From positions 352,001-416,000 of the forward strand of contig JBHYGA010000005.1 in assembly GCA_051859245.1 (NCBI GenBank): a stretch of DNA of 64,000 nucleotides, in the 5' to 3' direction. A program made the translations under genes and the position numbers. Under the pieces are notes generated by a model. That model ran no database searches. It saw only the letters and a list, made by a program, of their open reading frames with translations, and was not told where the DNA came from. The first letter of the stretch is position 1, and every line of letters begins with the position of its first letter. This DNA comes from Gemmatimonadaceae bacterium (GTDB lineage: Bacteria > Gemmatimonadota > Gemmatimonadetes > Gemmatimonadales > Gemmatimonadaceae). Positions 47,487 through 57,896 of this stretch are shown piece after piece.

Positions 47487-48248
47487 TTACGGCTTGACGA
47501 GCGCCTTCACGGCCGGCGGCAGGGCAAACGCTTCATCCTTCACGGCGTTGAACGTGATGTCGCTGAAGGTCATCGTGATGTCGTTACCCGCCTGTGACTG
47601 CGCCATCTTGGTGGGCATCTTCACCGGACCGAACTGCTTGTAGTCCGACATGACCGCGTTGATTTCGATTTCACCCATTGGAGACACGGCGGTGCTCTGC
47701 GTGCCAATGCGGAAACCGTTCGCCACGGAGAAATACTCAAAGCTCGGACGACCAACCTTCCGCACCATCTTCACTTTGTACGCGTCTTCACCGGCGAACT
47801 GCGTTTTCTCAACCACTTCGATGCTGGTGAAGTTTGCGGCGTCGAACACGCCGAATGATTCACCAAAGCCCGACTGCGCCTTGCGTGTGGCGAGTTCTTC
47901 GCCTTCTGCCAAACGCGGACCCTGCATTGGGTTGTTCTCCCAGCCAATCTCACCGTTGAAGCCCTGCTGGATTTCGCCAAGGCCCGGAATCGTCATGGTC
48001 ATGGCCATCTTGTTCGGACGTGCCAGTGACAGCGACAGCTCCGCGGAGATGCCCATGGCCGCCAGTTCAAGCTGGCCCTTCTGCTGCACGGACGTGAGCG
48101 CCGAAATCGCGGCCGCTCCGCCGATGGCCTGCACGTGACGATCGATCACTTCTTTGGCTGACGGGAGCGCCTGCGCGCCGACCGCCGCAGGAAGCGTGAT
48201 CGAGGTCACCGTAAATGCGGCGACAAGTGCGCGCGTGAGTTGCTTCAT
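47487..48248 (-). CDS. Exported protein, LolA-like / outer-membrane lipoprotein-sorting fold
   Basis: Signal peptide, A.EVI..HV.AIGG, GFNG..GW, SDYK..G.VK.P. Confidence 0.65.
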   Translation of the reverse strand: MKQLTRALVAAFTVTSITLPAAVGAQALPSAKEVIDRHVQAIGGAAAISALTSVQQKGQLELAAMGISAELSLSLARPNKMAMTMTIPGLGEIQQGFNGEIGWENNPMQGPRLAEGEELATRKAQSGFGESFGVFDAANFTSIEVVEKTQFAGEDAYKVKMVRKVGRPSFEYFSVANGFRIGTQSTAVSPMGEIEINAVMSDYKQFGPVKMPTKMAQSQAGNDITMTFSDITFNAVKDEAFALPPAVKALVKP

Positions 48249-48348
48249 GAATGCTGCTCCTGGAGAATGGTCGACGCGCCAGCTGAATCGCTGACGCGCG
48301 TGAACGGTGTGCCGGTCGTGCCACACCGAATTCGTGAACATATCTACA

Positions 48349-49761
48349 CTACGGCGTGATGCGTGGTCCGGTTACACGCGGCGGTTTCGGTGCCGTCGCG
48401 GCCCAGCGAAGCGCCGCGTCAAGCGCCGGATCGCCGCCACGCAGAAACGCATCGCGGGTGAGACTGATACTCTCGTCGGGCGTCACACCGCCGCCTTCCG
48501 CGCGTCCGCCACCCGGTGAGAGAAAATCGGCGATGGCGTGATACAGGATGTCGCCGTTCGGCAATCGCTCAGCCACGGCCGGCAACGCCTGCCCAGCCGT
48601 TCGGCTGCCAACGATTCGTGCGCGGCCAAGTGACTGCAGGCCGCCCGCGAAAATTTCACTCGTGCTCACCGAGAGCTCGTCAACCACGATGGCCATCGGT
48701 CCATCAAAGGGCGAGACGCGCTCGTTCGCCGTGTTCACACGACGCGGATTGATCGCAAACTTCACGTCTTGTGCACGTGTTTTCATGATGCCAACAGGGA
48801 TCACCGTATCAACGAAGTGGCCGGCAAAGCCCATCGACATGCCCGCAACGCCGCCAAAGTTGCCGCGGATATCGAGAATGATGGCATCGCTGCTGCGCAA
48901 CGAATCCATGGCCACATCAAACTCACGCGCGAGCACGGGCATCCAGATATTGAAGCGAATGATGCCGATAGTTTTGCCGCTTTCGGTGCGACGCTCCCAA
49001 TCCAGGTTCGACATCATGGCGGGAAGATTCCCGAACTTCACACTCGTGCCCGGCACCGCAACGCGCGTCATGCTGAGTGTCTGTTCACGCTGCGCACCGT
49101 CTACAAACGTTGCGGATGCCGCAGTGCCCGGCGCACCGCGCAACGCACCATCCGCCTGACTGAAGGCAGCGAGGGCAACTCGTCGCGGATCGAGGTCGAG
49201 CGGAACGCGGCGGAATCGCGCTTCAATGGAGTCACTCCCGATCCGGCGAATCAACCAACCCGGTCGCACACCGGCCGCGAACGCCGGACCGCTGCTGTCA
49301 ACGTGTGTGACCACAAGCTGAGAGTTCAACCAGCGTACGGTGAGACCAACGTGTCCTTCGCGCGATGATTGCGCATTCGTTGACGCGCTCTCGACCACGT
49401 CACTGACTTCCTGCGGAATAATTGAAAAGTGCGATTGTTTGAGTGCGCCCACCATTTGCTGCAGCACACTGCGGAGTTCCGCACGCGTCTTCGCAGCCTC
49501 CGCACGCGGGCGGAGCGAATCGCGCAGCGCGCGCCAGTTCACGCCGTTGTAGGTGGTGTCCCAATGCGTCCGGGCAATGATCGTCCAGGCCGAATCAAAG
49601 GTCGGAAGCGCCAGCGTCGCCGGTGGCTCGGGCGCGCTGGGCGGAACGTTTTCGCGAGCCGGCTCTGGCCGCGTTTCCGGGGCCGGGGTTGACCGGCAGG
49701 CCGAGAACGTGGCAGCGGCACAGAGAAACGTCAGAACGGCGCGGGATGGCAGCAGGGTCAC
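48349..49761 (-). CDS. S41 family peptidase (PDZ) lipoprotein
   Basis: Lipobox FSAC, PDZ segment, ILDIRGNFGG, SVSTSEIFAG, VGSRTAG. Confidence 0.9.
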   Translation of the reverse strand: MTLLPSRAVLTFLCAAATFSACRSTPAPETRPEPARENVPPSAPEPPATLALPTFDSAWTIIARTHWDTTYNGVNWRALRDSLRPRAEAAKTRAELRSVLQQMVGALKQSHFSIIPQEVSDVVESASTNAQSSREGHVGLTVRWLNSQLVVTHVDSSGPAFAAGVRPGWLIRRIGSDSIEARFRRVPLDLDPRRVALAAFSQADGALRGAPGTAASATFVDGAQREQTLSMTRVAVPGTSVKFGNLPAMMSNLDWERRTESGKTIGIIRFNIWMPVLAREFDVAMDSLRSSDAIILDIRGNFGGVAGMSMGFAGHFVDTVIPVGIMKTRAQDVKFAINPRRVNTANERVSPFDGPMAIVVDELSVSTSEIFAGGLQSLGRARIVGSRTAGQALPAVAERLPNGDILYHAIADFLSPGGGRAEGGGVTPDESISLTRDAFLRGGDPALDAALRWAATAPKPPRVTGPRITP

Positions 49762-50024
49762 GGGCGGCGGGGTTGGGACGGCAATCGTTCGGCGGGCGTG
49801 CGCGGTTCAGCGGCCGGTCGCAGACGGGTCACAGCCGGGCGAAGCCCTCGCGACCGGTCGCGGCGGTACATTACCATGCATCAGGACGACGGAGGTCACC
49901 CGGAGGTTCCATCAGTCGGGCAGATTTTGCCCCGACGGAACGTACGGCTGGCTGGTTCACAATAGTTCCCCTGACGCGACGCGACTGGCGCGGCGCGACG
50001 ATTCATAGCAGACACGCCCCTCTC

Positions 50025-51164
50025 ATGACCACTCGTTTGCACGCGTTACGTGACGCTGGCACCGCGCCCTGGCTCGACTACATCGAGCGTTCCATGCTGT
50101 CCTCTGGTGAGTTGGCGCGACGGATTCGCGACGACGCCCTCATGGGCATGACGTCAAATCCGACCATTTTTGAGAAGGCGCTCGCTGATGGGTCGGTGTA
50201 CGACGCCGAGCTCGCGTCGTTTCCGGCGGACTGGACGGACCGCGCCTGTTTTGAACAGCTCGCCACAACCGACGTGCAAGCCGCCTGCGACGCATTCGAA
50301 GGCGTGTATACGTACACCAACGGCGGCGACGGGTACGTCTCGCTGGAGGTTGGTCCGGACCTGGCGCACGACGCGGCGGGAACCGTGGCGGAAGCGCATC
50401 GCCTCTGGAAGGCGGTGAATCGCCCGAATCTCATGATCAAGGTGCCGGGCACCGAGGCCGGCGCGGAAGCAGTGAAAACGTTGATTGCCGATGGTCTCAA
50501 TGTGAACGTGACGCTGCTCTTCAGCACGGCCGCTCATGCGCGCGTGATTGACGCGTATCTGGATGGGCTTGAGGCGCGACATGCGGCTGGACACAGCATC
50601 GATCGCATCGCCTCGGTGGCCAGCTTTTTTGTGAGCCGCGTGGATGCCGCCATCGATGCAACGCTCGCGAAGCGAGCCGCCGCCGCAGAGCCGTCGCAGC
50701 GCGCCGCGATTGAAGCGTTGCTGGGCAAAGCGGCGATCGCCAACGCCAAGCAGGCGTATCGGCTGTTTGCGGAGCGTTTTAGCGGCGCGCGTTGGGAAGC
50801 GCTCGCAGCCAACGGCGCGCGCGTGCAGCGTCCGCTGTGGGCGAGCACGAGCACAAAAAATCCGGCCTATCGTGATGTGCTGTATGTGGAAGCGCTGATT
50901 GGTCCGGACTCAGTGAACACGCTGCCGCCGGCCACGCTCGAGGCATTTCGTGATCACGGCGAAACGGCTCGTACCGTCGACACGGGGCTTGACGAGGCCG
51001 ACGCGCAGATCGCGGCGCTTTCGGCCATGGGTGTCGATCTGACCGCCGTGACGGATCAACTGCTGGCCGAAGGGCTCGCGTCGTTTGCCAAGTCGTTTGA
51101 AACGTTGCTGGCGGGGCTCGCGCAGAAGCGAGCCGCACTCTCCGCGTCGGGGGCAACCGTATGA
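50025..51164 (+). CDS. tal: Transaldolase
   Basis: GMTSNPTIF, VSLEV, MIKVP, NVTLLFS, SFFVSR, LWASTSTK. Confidence 0.95.
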   Translation: MTTRLHALRDAGTAPWLDYIERSMLSSGELARRIRDDALMGMTSNPTIFEKALADGSVYDAELASFPADWTDRACFEQLATTDVQAACDAFEGVYTYTNGGDGYVSLEVGPDLAHDAAGTVAEAHRLWKAVNRPNLMIKVPGTEAGAEAVKTLIADGLNVNVTLLFSTAAHARVIDAYLDGLEARHAAGHSIDRIASVASFFVSRVDAAIDATLAKRAAAAEPSQRAAIEALLGKAAIANAKQAYRLFAERFSGARWEALAANGARVQRPLWASTSTKNPAYRDVLYVEALIGPDSVNTLPPATLEAFRDHGETARTVDTGLDEADAQIAALSAMGVDLTAVTDQLLAEGLASFAKSFETLLAGLAQKRAALSASGATV

Positions 51165-52663
51165 TGGACGACGTGATCAACATTGAACGCACGGGGCCGG
51201 AAACGGCCACGCGTGCCGCCGCTGACACCACCACGAGGTCGGTGTCGAACAAGCGCCGGATTTTTCCGCGCACCAAGATTGTGTGCACGCTCGGCCCGAG
51301 CAGCAATACGCCGGACAGGATTCGTGAACTGATTCAGTCCGGGCTCGATGTGGCGCGCATCAACTTCTCGCATGGTACGCACGAAGCGCACGCTCGCACG
51401 ATCAGCGACGTGCGTCGTGTGGCGGCGGAACTTGGTCGTGCGGTGGCGATTCTTGGCGATCTGCAGGGACCACGCATTCGCATTGGTGTGCTGCCGGAAC
51501 CGATCGAGTTGATTGAAGATGAAATGATCGTGCTGGCGCCAGACACGCACGCAGCAGCCGGACAAATTCCCGTCACGTACCACCTGCTCGCGCAGGACGT
51601 GTCGCCCGGCAAGCGCATTCTCATCAACGACGGCCTGATCGAAGTGGCCGTCACGGCTATTGATGGCGACGCCGTGCACTGTCGTGTGTTGCACGGCGGA
51701 CGGCTGAGCAGCAACAAGGGCATGAACTTGCCCGGTGTGCACGTCTCGGCGCCTTCGCTCACGGAAAAGGATCGCGCCGATCTGGTGTTTGCGGTGGAGC
51801 ATGATCTTGACGCGGTCGCGCTCAGTTTTGTGCGCGTTGCGGCAGATATTCAGGAGCTGCGTGCGCTTGTGCCCGCGCACATGATGCTCGTCGCAAAAAT
51901 TGAAAAAGACGTCGCGCTGCAGAACATTGAAGAGATTCTCGCCGCATCTGACGCCGTCATGGTGGCGCGCGGAGATCTCGGTGTGGAGCTGCCGTTTGAG
52001 GAAGTGCCGATCGCGCAAAAGCGCATCATTGCGTTGGCCAATCGCATGGGTCGGCCCGTGATCACGGCAACGCAGATGTTGGAGTCCATGATCACGCATC
52101 CGCGCCCCACACGCGCCGAAGCAAGTGACGTGGCCAACGCGATTCTCGATGGGACGGATGCGGTCATGTTGTCGGCGGAAACAGCAGCCGGTCAGTATCC
52201 ACGGCTCGCGGTTGAAGCGATGCGTCGCATTATTCTGGAAATTGAGTCCAGCCCGCGTCCGCCGTACGCGCAGCGCATTGAGCATCGATCGGAGGGTGCG
52301 GTGAACACCGAGGCCGCGATTGCTGCGGCGACCACCGCGGCGGTGCGCATGTTGCAGGCACCTTTGGTGGTGGTGTTTACGAAGAGTGGATTCAGCGCGC
52401 GTATTGTGTCGTCGCATCGTCCGTCGGTGCCGATTCTTGCGCTGACCGATGAACCGCGTGTGTGTCGTCAGTTGTCGCTGGTGTGGGGCGTGATCCCGCG
52501 CCTCGTGCCAACGGCGCGTGGCTACGATCACATGGTGGCCATGGCGATGCGCGACGCGACCGACTTGAATCTTGTCATTCCTGGCGACCGAGTGGTGGTC
52601 ACCGCCGGTGCGCCTTTCGACGTGCCAGGTACGACCAACTTGCTCAAGGTCGAGGTGGTGTGA
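51161..52663 (+). CDS. pyk: Pyruvate kinase
   Basis: TKIVCTLGP, RINFSHG, AKIE, MVARGDLGVE, ATQMLESM, PTRAEASDV. Confidence 0.97.
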   Translation: MMDDVINIERTGPETATRAAADTTTRSVSNKRRIFPRTKIVCTLGPSSNTPDRIRELIQSGLDVARINFSHGTHEAHARTISDVRRVAAELGRAVAILGDLQGPRIRIGVLPEPIELIEDEMIVLAPDTHAAAGQIPVTYHLLAQDVSPGKRILINDGLIEVAVTAIDGDAVHCRVLHGGRLSSNKGMNLPGVHVSAPSLTEKDRADLVFAVEHDLDAVALSFVRVAADIQELRALVPAHMMLVAKIEKDVALQNIEEILAASDAVMVARGDLGVELPFEEVPIAQKRIIALANRMGRPVITATQMLESMITHPRPTRAEASDVANAILDGTDAVMLSAETAAGQYPRLAVEAMRRIILEIESSPRPPYAQRIEHRSEGAVNTEAAIAAATTAAVRMLQAPLVVVFTKSGFSARIVSSHRPSVPILALTDEPRVCRQLSLVWGVIPRLVPTARGYDHMVAMAMRDATDLNLVIPGDRVVVTAGAPFDVPGTTNLLKVEVV

Positions 52664-52676
52664 TCGCGAGGCGGGC

Positions 52677-53459
52677 GTGATTGTCACGCTCCTTGGTACC
52701 GGTACGAGTTTTGGCGTGCCGCAAATTGGGTGCACATGTCGCGTGTGTCGCAGTACCGATGCACGCGACAAGCGCACACGGTGCGCGGCATTTGTACAAA
52801 CGTCTCGCGGTACGCGACTGCTGATCGATACGCCGCCTGAACTGCGCTTGCAGCTCGTGGCGGCGGAAATCGATGGTGCCGACGCGGTGCTCTATACGCA
52901 TGAGCACGCCGACCATATTCATGGTATCGATGACCTGCGCGCGCTCAGCGTGCGGCATCGCGGCGCGCTTCCGCTCTACGGGTCGGCGGACACACTGCAG
53001 ACCATTGCGGCGCGATTCCCGTACGTGGTGGATCCAAGTATGCGACCGCTGCCGGGAACAACCAAGCCGGAAGGCACGCTGCACGAAGTCACGCCCGGCG
53101 TGGAGTTCTCCGTGGGTGATGCGCGAGTGCTGCCGCTCGCCGTTCCGCACGGCCGCTCCACCGTGCTGGCGTATCGGATCGGGCGTTTCGGGTACGTGAC
53201 TGATGCAAAAACCGTATCGGACGACGTCATCGATGCGTTGCGTGGTGTGAATGTGCTGGTGTTGAACGCGCTGTTTCGCACGCCACACCCTACGCATCTC
53301 TCGATCCCTGAAGCCATCGACGTGGCACGACGCGTCGGCGCGCCGCGCACGTTGTTCACGCATTTGACGCACGATCATCTGCACGCCGAGTTGTTGGCGG
53401 AACTGCCAGAAGGCATTGCGCCCGCGTACGACGGGCTCACGCTCACCATACCCGATTAA
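52677..53459 (+). CDS. MBL-fold metallo-hydrolase (PhnP/lipoate-metabolism-associated type)
   Basis: LGTGTS.GVP..GC.C.VC, THEHADHIHG, THLTH, AYDGL. Confidence 0.9.
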   Translation: MIVTLLGTGTSFGVPQIGCTCRVCRSTDARDKRTRCAAFVQTSRGTRLLIDTPPELRLQLVAAEIDGADAVLYTHEHADHIHGIDDLRALSVRHRGALPLYGSADTLQTIAARFPYVVDPSMRPLPGTTKPEGTLHEVTPGVEFSVGDARVLPLAVPHGRSTVLAYRIGRFGYVTDAKTVSDDVIDALRGVNVLVLNALFRTPHPTHLSIPEAIDVARRVGAPRTLFTHLTHDHLHAELLAELPEGIAPAYDGLTLTIPD

Positions 53460-53485
53460 GTCTCACGCTTTTTCCGTATCCCGCC

Positions 53486-54880
53486 ATGACGCTTTCGATC
53501 GACTTCACGAATATGATGGCTGGCGCGCTGCCTGATGGCGTCGGCATCACGCCAGAGCAGTGGGCCGAAGGCGTCGCGCGCTTTCAGACGGCGCACGCAC
53601 GGGTGCAGGCGCGCTACGCTGCCGGAACGCTCGGATTCATTGATCTGCCAGCCGACGCGAAAGCGACGGAAGCAACGTTGGCCATGGCGCGTCGATTTGA
53701 CGGCGTGATTGACGATGTGTTGCTGCTTGGCATTGGTGGATCGGCGCTGGGCCCGATCGCGCTCCGCAGCGCTCTGCGCGCTCCACACTGGAACGAGCTG
53801 TCGTCTGAGGCGCGCGGTGGAAAGCCACGCCTGCATGTGCTCGACAATGTGGATCCGGTCACGATCACGGCCACGCTCGCGCGACTCGATCTCGCGCGCA
53901 CACTGGTGCTGGTGATCTCGAAATCAGGCGGCACCGTAGAGACCATGGCGCAGTATCTGATCGTGCGAGAGGCGCTGGAGCGGGCGCTCGGCGAGAGCGG
54001 CGCGCGGGAACACATCGTGTTCATCACTGATCCCGAAGTCGGTGCGCTCCGCGCCGTCGCTCAGGAAGAGGGCATCGCCACACTCGAAATTCCGTCCAAC
54101 GTTGGCGGACGATTCAGTGTGCTGTCACCCGTTGGCATGCTGCCGGCCGCACTGATTGGCGTCGATATTCGCGGCATCATGAACGGTGCTGCGGCGTTGG
54201 CGTCGCGTTGCAGTAGCGCGGATCTTGCCAGCAACCCGGCCGGCATTTTTGCCGTGTTGCAGTGGCTCGGCGATACGCAGCACGGCGCGCGTGTGCAGGT
54301 GCTCATGCCGTACGCCGACTCGCTGCGGGAAATCGCGCTCTGGTTTGTGCAGCTTTGGGCCGAAAGTCTTGGCAAGATTCGCGCTGATGGCGTGAGCGTT
54401 GGTCCAACGCCGCTGCCGGCGGTCGGCGCCACAGATCAGCACGCGCAGGTGCAGCTGTTCATGGAAGGACCGCGAGACAAAACGGTCACGTTCATTCGCG
54501 TGGCCGGTCGAGAGCAGTTGGGCACCATCCCATCGCGACACGCTGGTCGGCCTGAACTCGGGTATCTTGGTGGGCAGACGCTTGGACGACTGCTCGAGAT
54601 TGAACGACAGGCCACCGCCGGAGCGCTCGCCGCTCGAGGTCGCCTCAATTGCACGATTACTGTGCCGGATGTCACGCCGGAAACGGTGGGCGCGCTGCTC
54701 TATCTCTTCGAAATGGCGACCGCCTACGCTGGCGAGCTTTATGAAGTGAACGCCTTCGACCAACCTGGTGTAGAGTTGGGGAAGCAGTTCGCATACGCCA
54801 TGCTTGGTCGTGCCGGCAGCGAGGACGCGCGGCAGGAGTGGGACGCCCTTCCTCGTCCCGACCCCCGCTGGCAGATCTAG
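53486..54880 (+). CDS. pgi: Glucose-6-phosphate isomerase
   Basis: GIGGSALG, ISKSGGT.ET, GGRFSVLS, QLWAES.GK, DQH, FDQPGVELGK. Confidence 0.95.
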   Translation: MTLSIDFTNMMAGALPDGVGITPEQWAEGVARFQTAHARVQARYAAGTLGFIDLPADAKATEATLAMARRFDGVIDDVLLLGIGGSALGPIALRSALRAPHWNELSSEARGGKPRLHVLDNVDPVTITATLARLDLARTLVLVISKSGGTVETMAQYLIVREALERALGESGAREHIVFITDPEVGALRAVAQEEGIATLEIPSNVGGRFSVLSPVGMLPAALIGVDIRGIMNGAAALASRCSSADLASNPAGIFAVLQWLGDTQHGARVQVLMPYADSLREIALWFVQLWAESLGKIRADGVSVGPTPLPAVGATDQHAQVQLFMEGPRDKTVTFIRVAGREQLGTIPSRHAGRPELGYLGGQTLGRLLEIERQATAGALAARGRLNCTITVPDVTPETVGALLYLFEMATAYAGELYEVNAFDQPGVELGKQFAYAMLGRAGSEDARQEWDALPRPDPRWQI

Positions 54881-55027
54881 GCCGGACTGCGGCGCCGGAC
54901 TTCCCCTCGGCGCCCATTCTGTTGAACTTGCACGTCTGACTACTCACTCCGGCGCGGTGCCGGATCGCTCCACCATGGCCGGTGCTCACCGGCGACAATC
55001 GGCTGCGTTGCGCAGCACCTGAGGAAT

Positions 55028-56452
55028 TTGATGACGCAGCAGACCCTTCCATCCACGCAGCTTTTCGGCGGCGCTGTTTCTGTTGTCGACGGCGTGGTGC
55101 ACGTGCATGACGCAAGCGCGCTCGCCAGTGCCGACATGGATCAGCTGGTGCACGCCGCCGTGTTCGGTGAGCCAGTGGATCGCGAGCAGGCGCGGTGGTT
55201 GATCTGGGAGATTGGTCAGGCGGTGGGCGTACGTCCTGCGTCAATCCATGACTTGTACATCGCGCGCGGACGCGGCGAGTGCGGTGGATTCACCGTGCCC
55301 GCGATCAACGTGCGCGGTGCGTCATACGACACGGCGCGCGCAATTTTTCGCCAGGCCAACGCGCTCGATGCCGGTGCGTTTTTGCTGGAGATCGCGCGTT
55401 CGGAAATCGCGTATACCGATCAGCGCCCGGCGGAATACGTCACCGTGATGCTTGCCGCCGCGATGCGCGAAGGATTCCGCGGACCGGTGTTCATTCAGGG
55501 TGATCACTTTCAGGTGAACGCCAAAAAGTTCGCCACCAATCCCGAAGGCGAAGTGGATGCGGTGCTGCAGCTGGTCCGCGAGGCGGTGTCGGCCGGTTTC
55601 TACAACATTGATGTTGATACGTCGACGCTTGTCGATCTCTCGCAGCCGAACCTCGACGAGCAGCAGCGACGCAACTATGAGCGCTGCGTGGAAATCGCGC
55701 TGGTTGTACGCAAGGAAGAACCCAAAGGCGTCACGATTTCCATTGGTGGAGAGATTGGCGAAGTTGGCACAGAAAACTCCACGCCCGAAGAGCTCGAAGC
55801 GTTTATGGACGGCTTCAACCGCACGCTCGAAGCCAAGGCACCGGGCACGGTTGGACTCTCCAAAATCAGTGTGCAGTCCGGCACATCGCACGGTGGCATT
55901 GTATTGCCCGACGGATCCATTGCCGATGTGAAGCTGGATCTGGATACGCTGGCAACGCTCTCGCGCATGGCGCGTGACAAGTACGGCATGGCGGGCGCCG
56001 TGCAACACGGTGCGTCCACGCTCACCGATGCGGCGTTCTCCAACTTTCCGAGCACGGAAACGGCAGAAATTCATCTCGCGACGAATTTCCAGAACATGCT
56101 GTTTGATTATTTGCCGGCCGAGTTGCGGGCGGAGATTTACGAGTGGTTGCTCGAGAATGCGAAGGACGAGCGCAAGGCAACGGATTCCGACGAGCAGTTT
56201 TTCTACAAGACCCGCAAGAAGGCTCTCGGGCCGTTCAAGCGGCAGCTGTGGGCGTTGTCTCCAGAGGTGAAGACAGCGCTTGGAAAGGCGTACGACGAGA
56301 AGTTCGCCTTTCTGTTCCGGCAGCTTGGCATTGCAGGGACGCGTGAGATTGTCTCGCGCTTCGTCACACCGACGGCCCTGCGCCGCAAGATGCCCGTGGA
56401 CGGCGTGCCCTCCGTGGCCGCCGCTCCCGACGATGCGGACCTTAGTGATTGA
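55028..56452 (+). CDS. Class II fructose-bisphosphate aldolase family protein
   Basis: PAIN, QGDH, GEIGEVG, GTSHGG, QHGAST, EIHLAT; sits in the tal-pyk-pgi cluster. Confidence 0.85.
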   Translation: MMTQQTLPSTQLFGGAVSVVDGVVHVHDASALASADMDQLVHAAVFGEPVDREQARWLIWEIGQAVGVRPASIHDLYIARGRGECGGFTVPAINVRGASYDTARAIFRQANALDAGAFLLEIARSEIAYTDQRPAEYVTVMLAAAMREGFRGPVFIQGDHFQVNAKKFATNPEGEVDAVLQLVREAVSAGFYNIDVDTSTLVDLSQPNLDEQQRRNYERCVEIALVVRKEEPKGVTISIGGEIGEVGTENSTPEELEAFMDGFNRTLEAKAPGTVGLSKISVQSGTSHGGIVLPDGSIADVKLDLDTLATLSRMARDKYGMAGAVQHGASTLTDAAFSNFPSTETAEIHLATNFQNMLFDYLPAELRAEIYEWLLENAKDERKATDSDEQFFYKTRKKALGPFKRQLWALSPEVKTALGKAYDEKFAFLFRQLGIAGTREIVSRFVTPTALRRKMPVDGVPSVAAAPDDADLSD

Positions 56453-56464
56453 ACAGGAGACAGC

Positions 56465-56956
56465 ATGGGACGATACGACGACTACGATGACGATGATCGC
56501 GTGGTGATTGTCGAGCGCGATAGCGGTGGAGGCAGCGGATTGGGTGCGCTTCTGCTCGGTATGGCGATCGGTGCCGGCGCGGCTCTCCTGCTGGCGCCGG
56601 AATCTGGCGAGGCCATGCGCGCTCGCATCCGACGCGAAGCCAAGCGCGCCAGCTCACGCGCGCGCGAGTTTGTGGACGAAGTGTCAGAAGAAGTTTCTGA
56701 GACGGTCGGGCGCACGCGCGAAACCGTGGGTCGCAAAGTGGGCGAAGCTCGCGGTGCTGTAGAAACGCGCGCGCGGGCGGTTGGGGACGCGGTAGATGCC
56801 GGCCGCGTCGCGGCGCGACAGGCCAAGGTGGAGTTGGAGCGCGCGGTGCAGGAGACCAAGCGTGCGTACGAAGATGCGCGTCGGACGACGCGTGTTGCCG
56901 ACGACATTGAACCGGTTGCTGACCACGACGCCGCCGAGAATCCAGGCACCGCCTGA
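56465..56956 (+). CDS. YtxH domain protein
   Basis: G..IGAGAALLLAPESG...R followed by coiled coil. Confidence 0.9.
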   Translation: MGRYDDYDDDDRVVIVERDSGGGSGLGALLLGMAIGAGAALLLAPESGEAMRARIRREAKRASSRAREFVDEVSEEVSETVGRTRETVGRKVGEARGAVETRARAVGDAVDAGRVAARQAKVELERAVQETKRAYEDARRTTRVADDIEPVADHDAAENPGTA

Positions 56957-56981
56957 CGTCGACGGGTGGCGCACGTTTTTC

Positions 56982-57896
56982 GTGCGCCCCCGTGTGGCAA
57001 TATTCGCGGACTACGCGCGACGTGTATACAACGGGCTGGCCAACGACAACGCATTCTTCCTTGCGGGCGGCGTTGCGTTCAGCCTGTTGCTTGCGCTCGT
57101 GCCTTTTGTATTGTTGCTCGTGGTCGGACTCACCTTTGCCTTTGGTCGCAGCCCGGAAGACGCCGCGGCCACCGTGGTCGATCTGGCCACGCGATTCCTG
57201 CCTCGCGACGCGTTTGAGTTCGGTGCAGTTCTTCGCACCATCGTAGACGACGTACTCCGCACGCGCGGCGCGGTGGGCATTGGCGCCGCGCTTGGTTTTG
57301 TCTGGACGAGCACCCGTCTGTTCGGTTCGTTGCGCGCGGTCCTGTCGATTGTGATGGATCGCAATGAGCGCGGCATCGTGGCCGGCAAACTCTTTGACGT
57401 ATTCGCGGCGGCGGCCGCCACGCTGCTCGTGGTCGTGTGGGTGATCATTTCCACCTATCTCTCGATCGCCACAGACACCGGAACGTCGCTGCTCGCCGAC
57501 CTTGGTGTTCGCATGGAGACGCTCGGTACGCTGACGTACATACTCGGCCGCGTGATCGGCTTTTCGCTGATCGTCTTTACGTTTTATGCGATGTATCATG
57601 GGCTGCCGCGCAACCGACATTCGCGCGCCGCCGCATTTACAGGGGCCGTTGTCGCAAGCATCCTGTTTGAAATCGCCCGCTATCTGTTTGCGTTGCTCGT
57701 GGTGCGCTTCGCACCCGGCTCGCTCTATACGGGAACGATCGCGGTGATTGTGTCTGTGGTGTTCTGGGTGTACTACGCGGCGCTCTTGTTTCTGGTGGGC
57801 GCCGAGGTGGCGCAAGCCCATGAGCAACGTCGCGACGAACAACGCGCCGCGGTCAAAATGACGCGCGCTCCCGCCAAGTCAACGAGAAAATCCTGA
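56982..57896 (+). CDS. YihY/BrkB family membrane protein
   Basis: AGGVAFS.LL...P, LFEIA.YLF, YTG.IA....FWVYY.A..FL.GAE; start approximate. Confidence 0.88.
   Translation: MRPRVAIFADYARRVYNGLANDNAFFLAGGVAFSLLLALVPFVLLLVVGLTFAFGRSPEDAAATVVDLATRFLPRDAFEFGAVLRTIVDDVLRTRGAVGIGAALGFVWTSTRLFGSLRAVLSIVMDRNERGIVAGKLFDVFAAAAATLLVVVWVIISTYLSIATDTGTSLLADLGVRMETLGTLTYILGRVIGFSLIVFTFYAMYHGLPRNRHSRAAAFTGAVVASILFEIARYLFALLVVRFAPGSLYTGTIAVIVSVVFWVYYAALLFLVGAEVAQAHEQRRDEQRAAVKMTRAPAKSTRKS

Noticed and set aside
51056..52777. Long antisense ORFs (e.g. 573 aa opposite pyk, 466 aa opposite YtxH/YihY, 441 aa opposite flotillin)
   Set aside because: Shadow ORFs expected from high-GC codon bias opposite well-supported genes; Arg/His-rich with no motifs.
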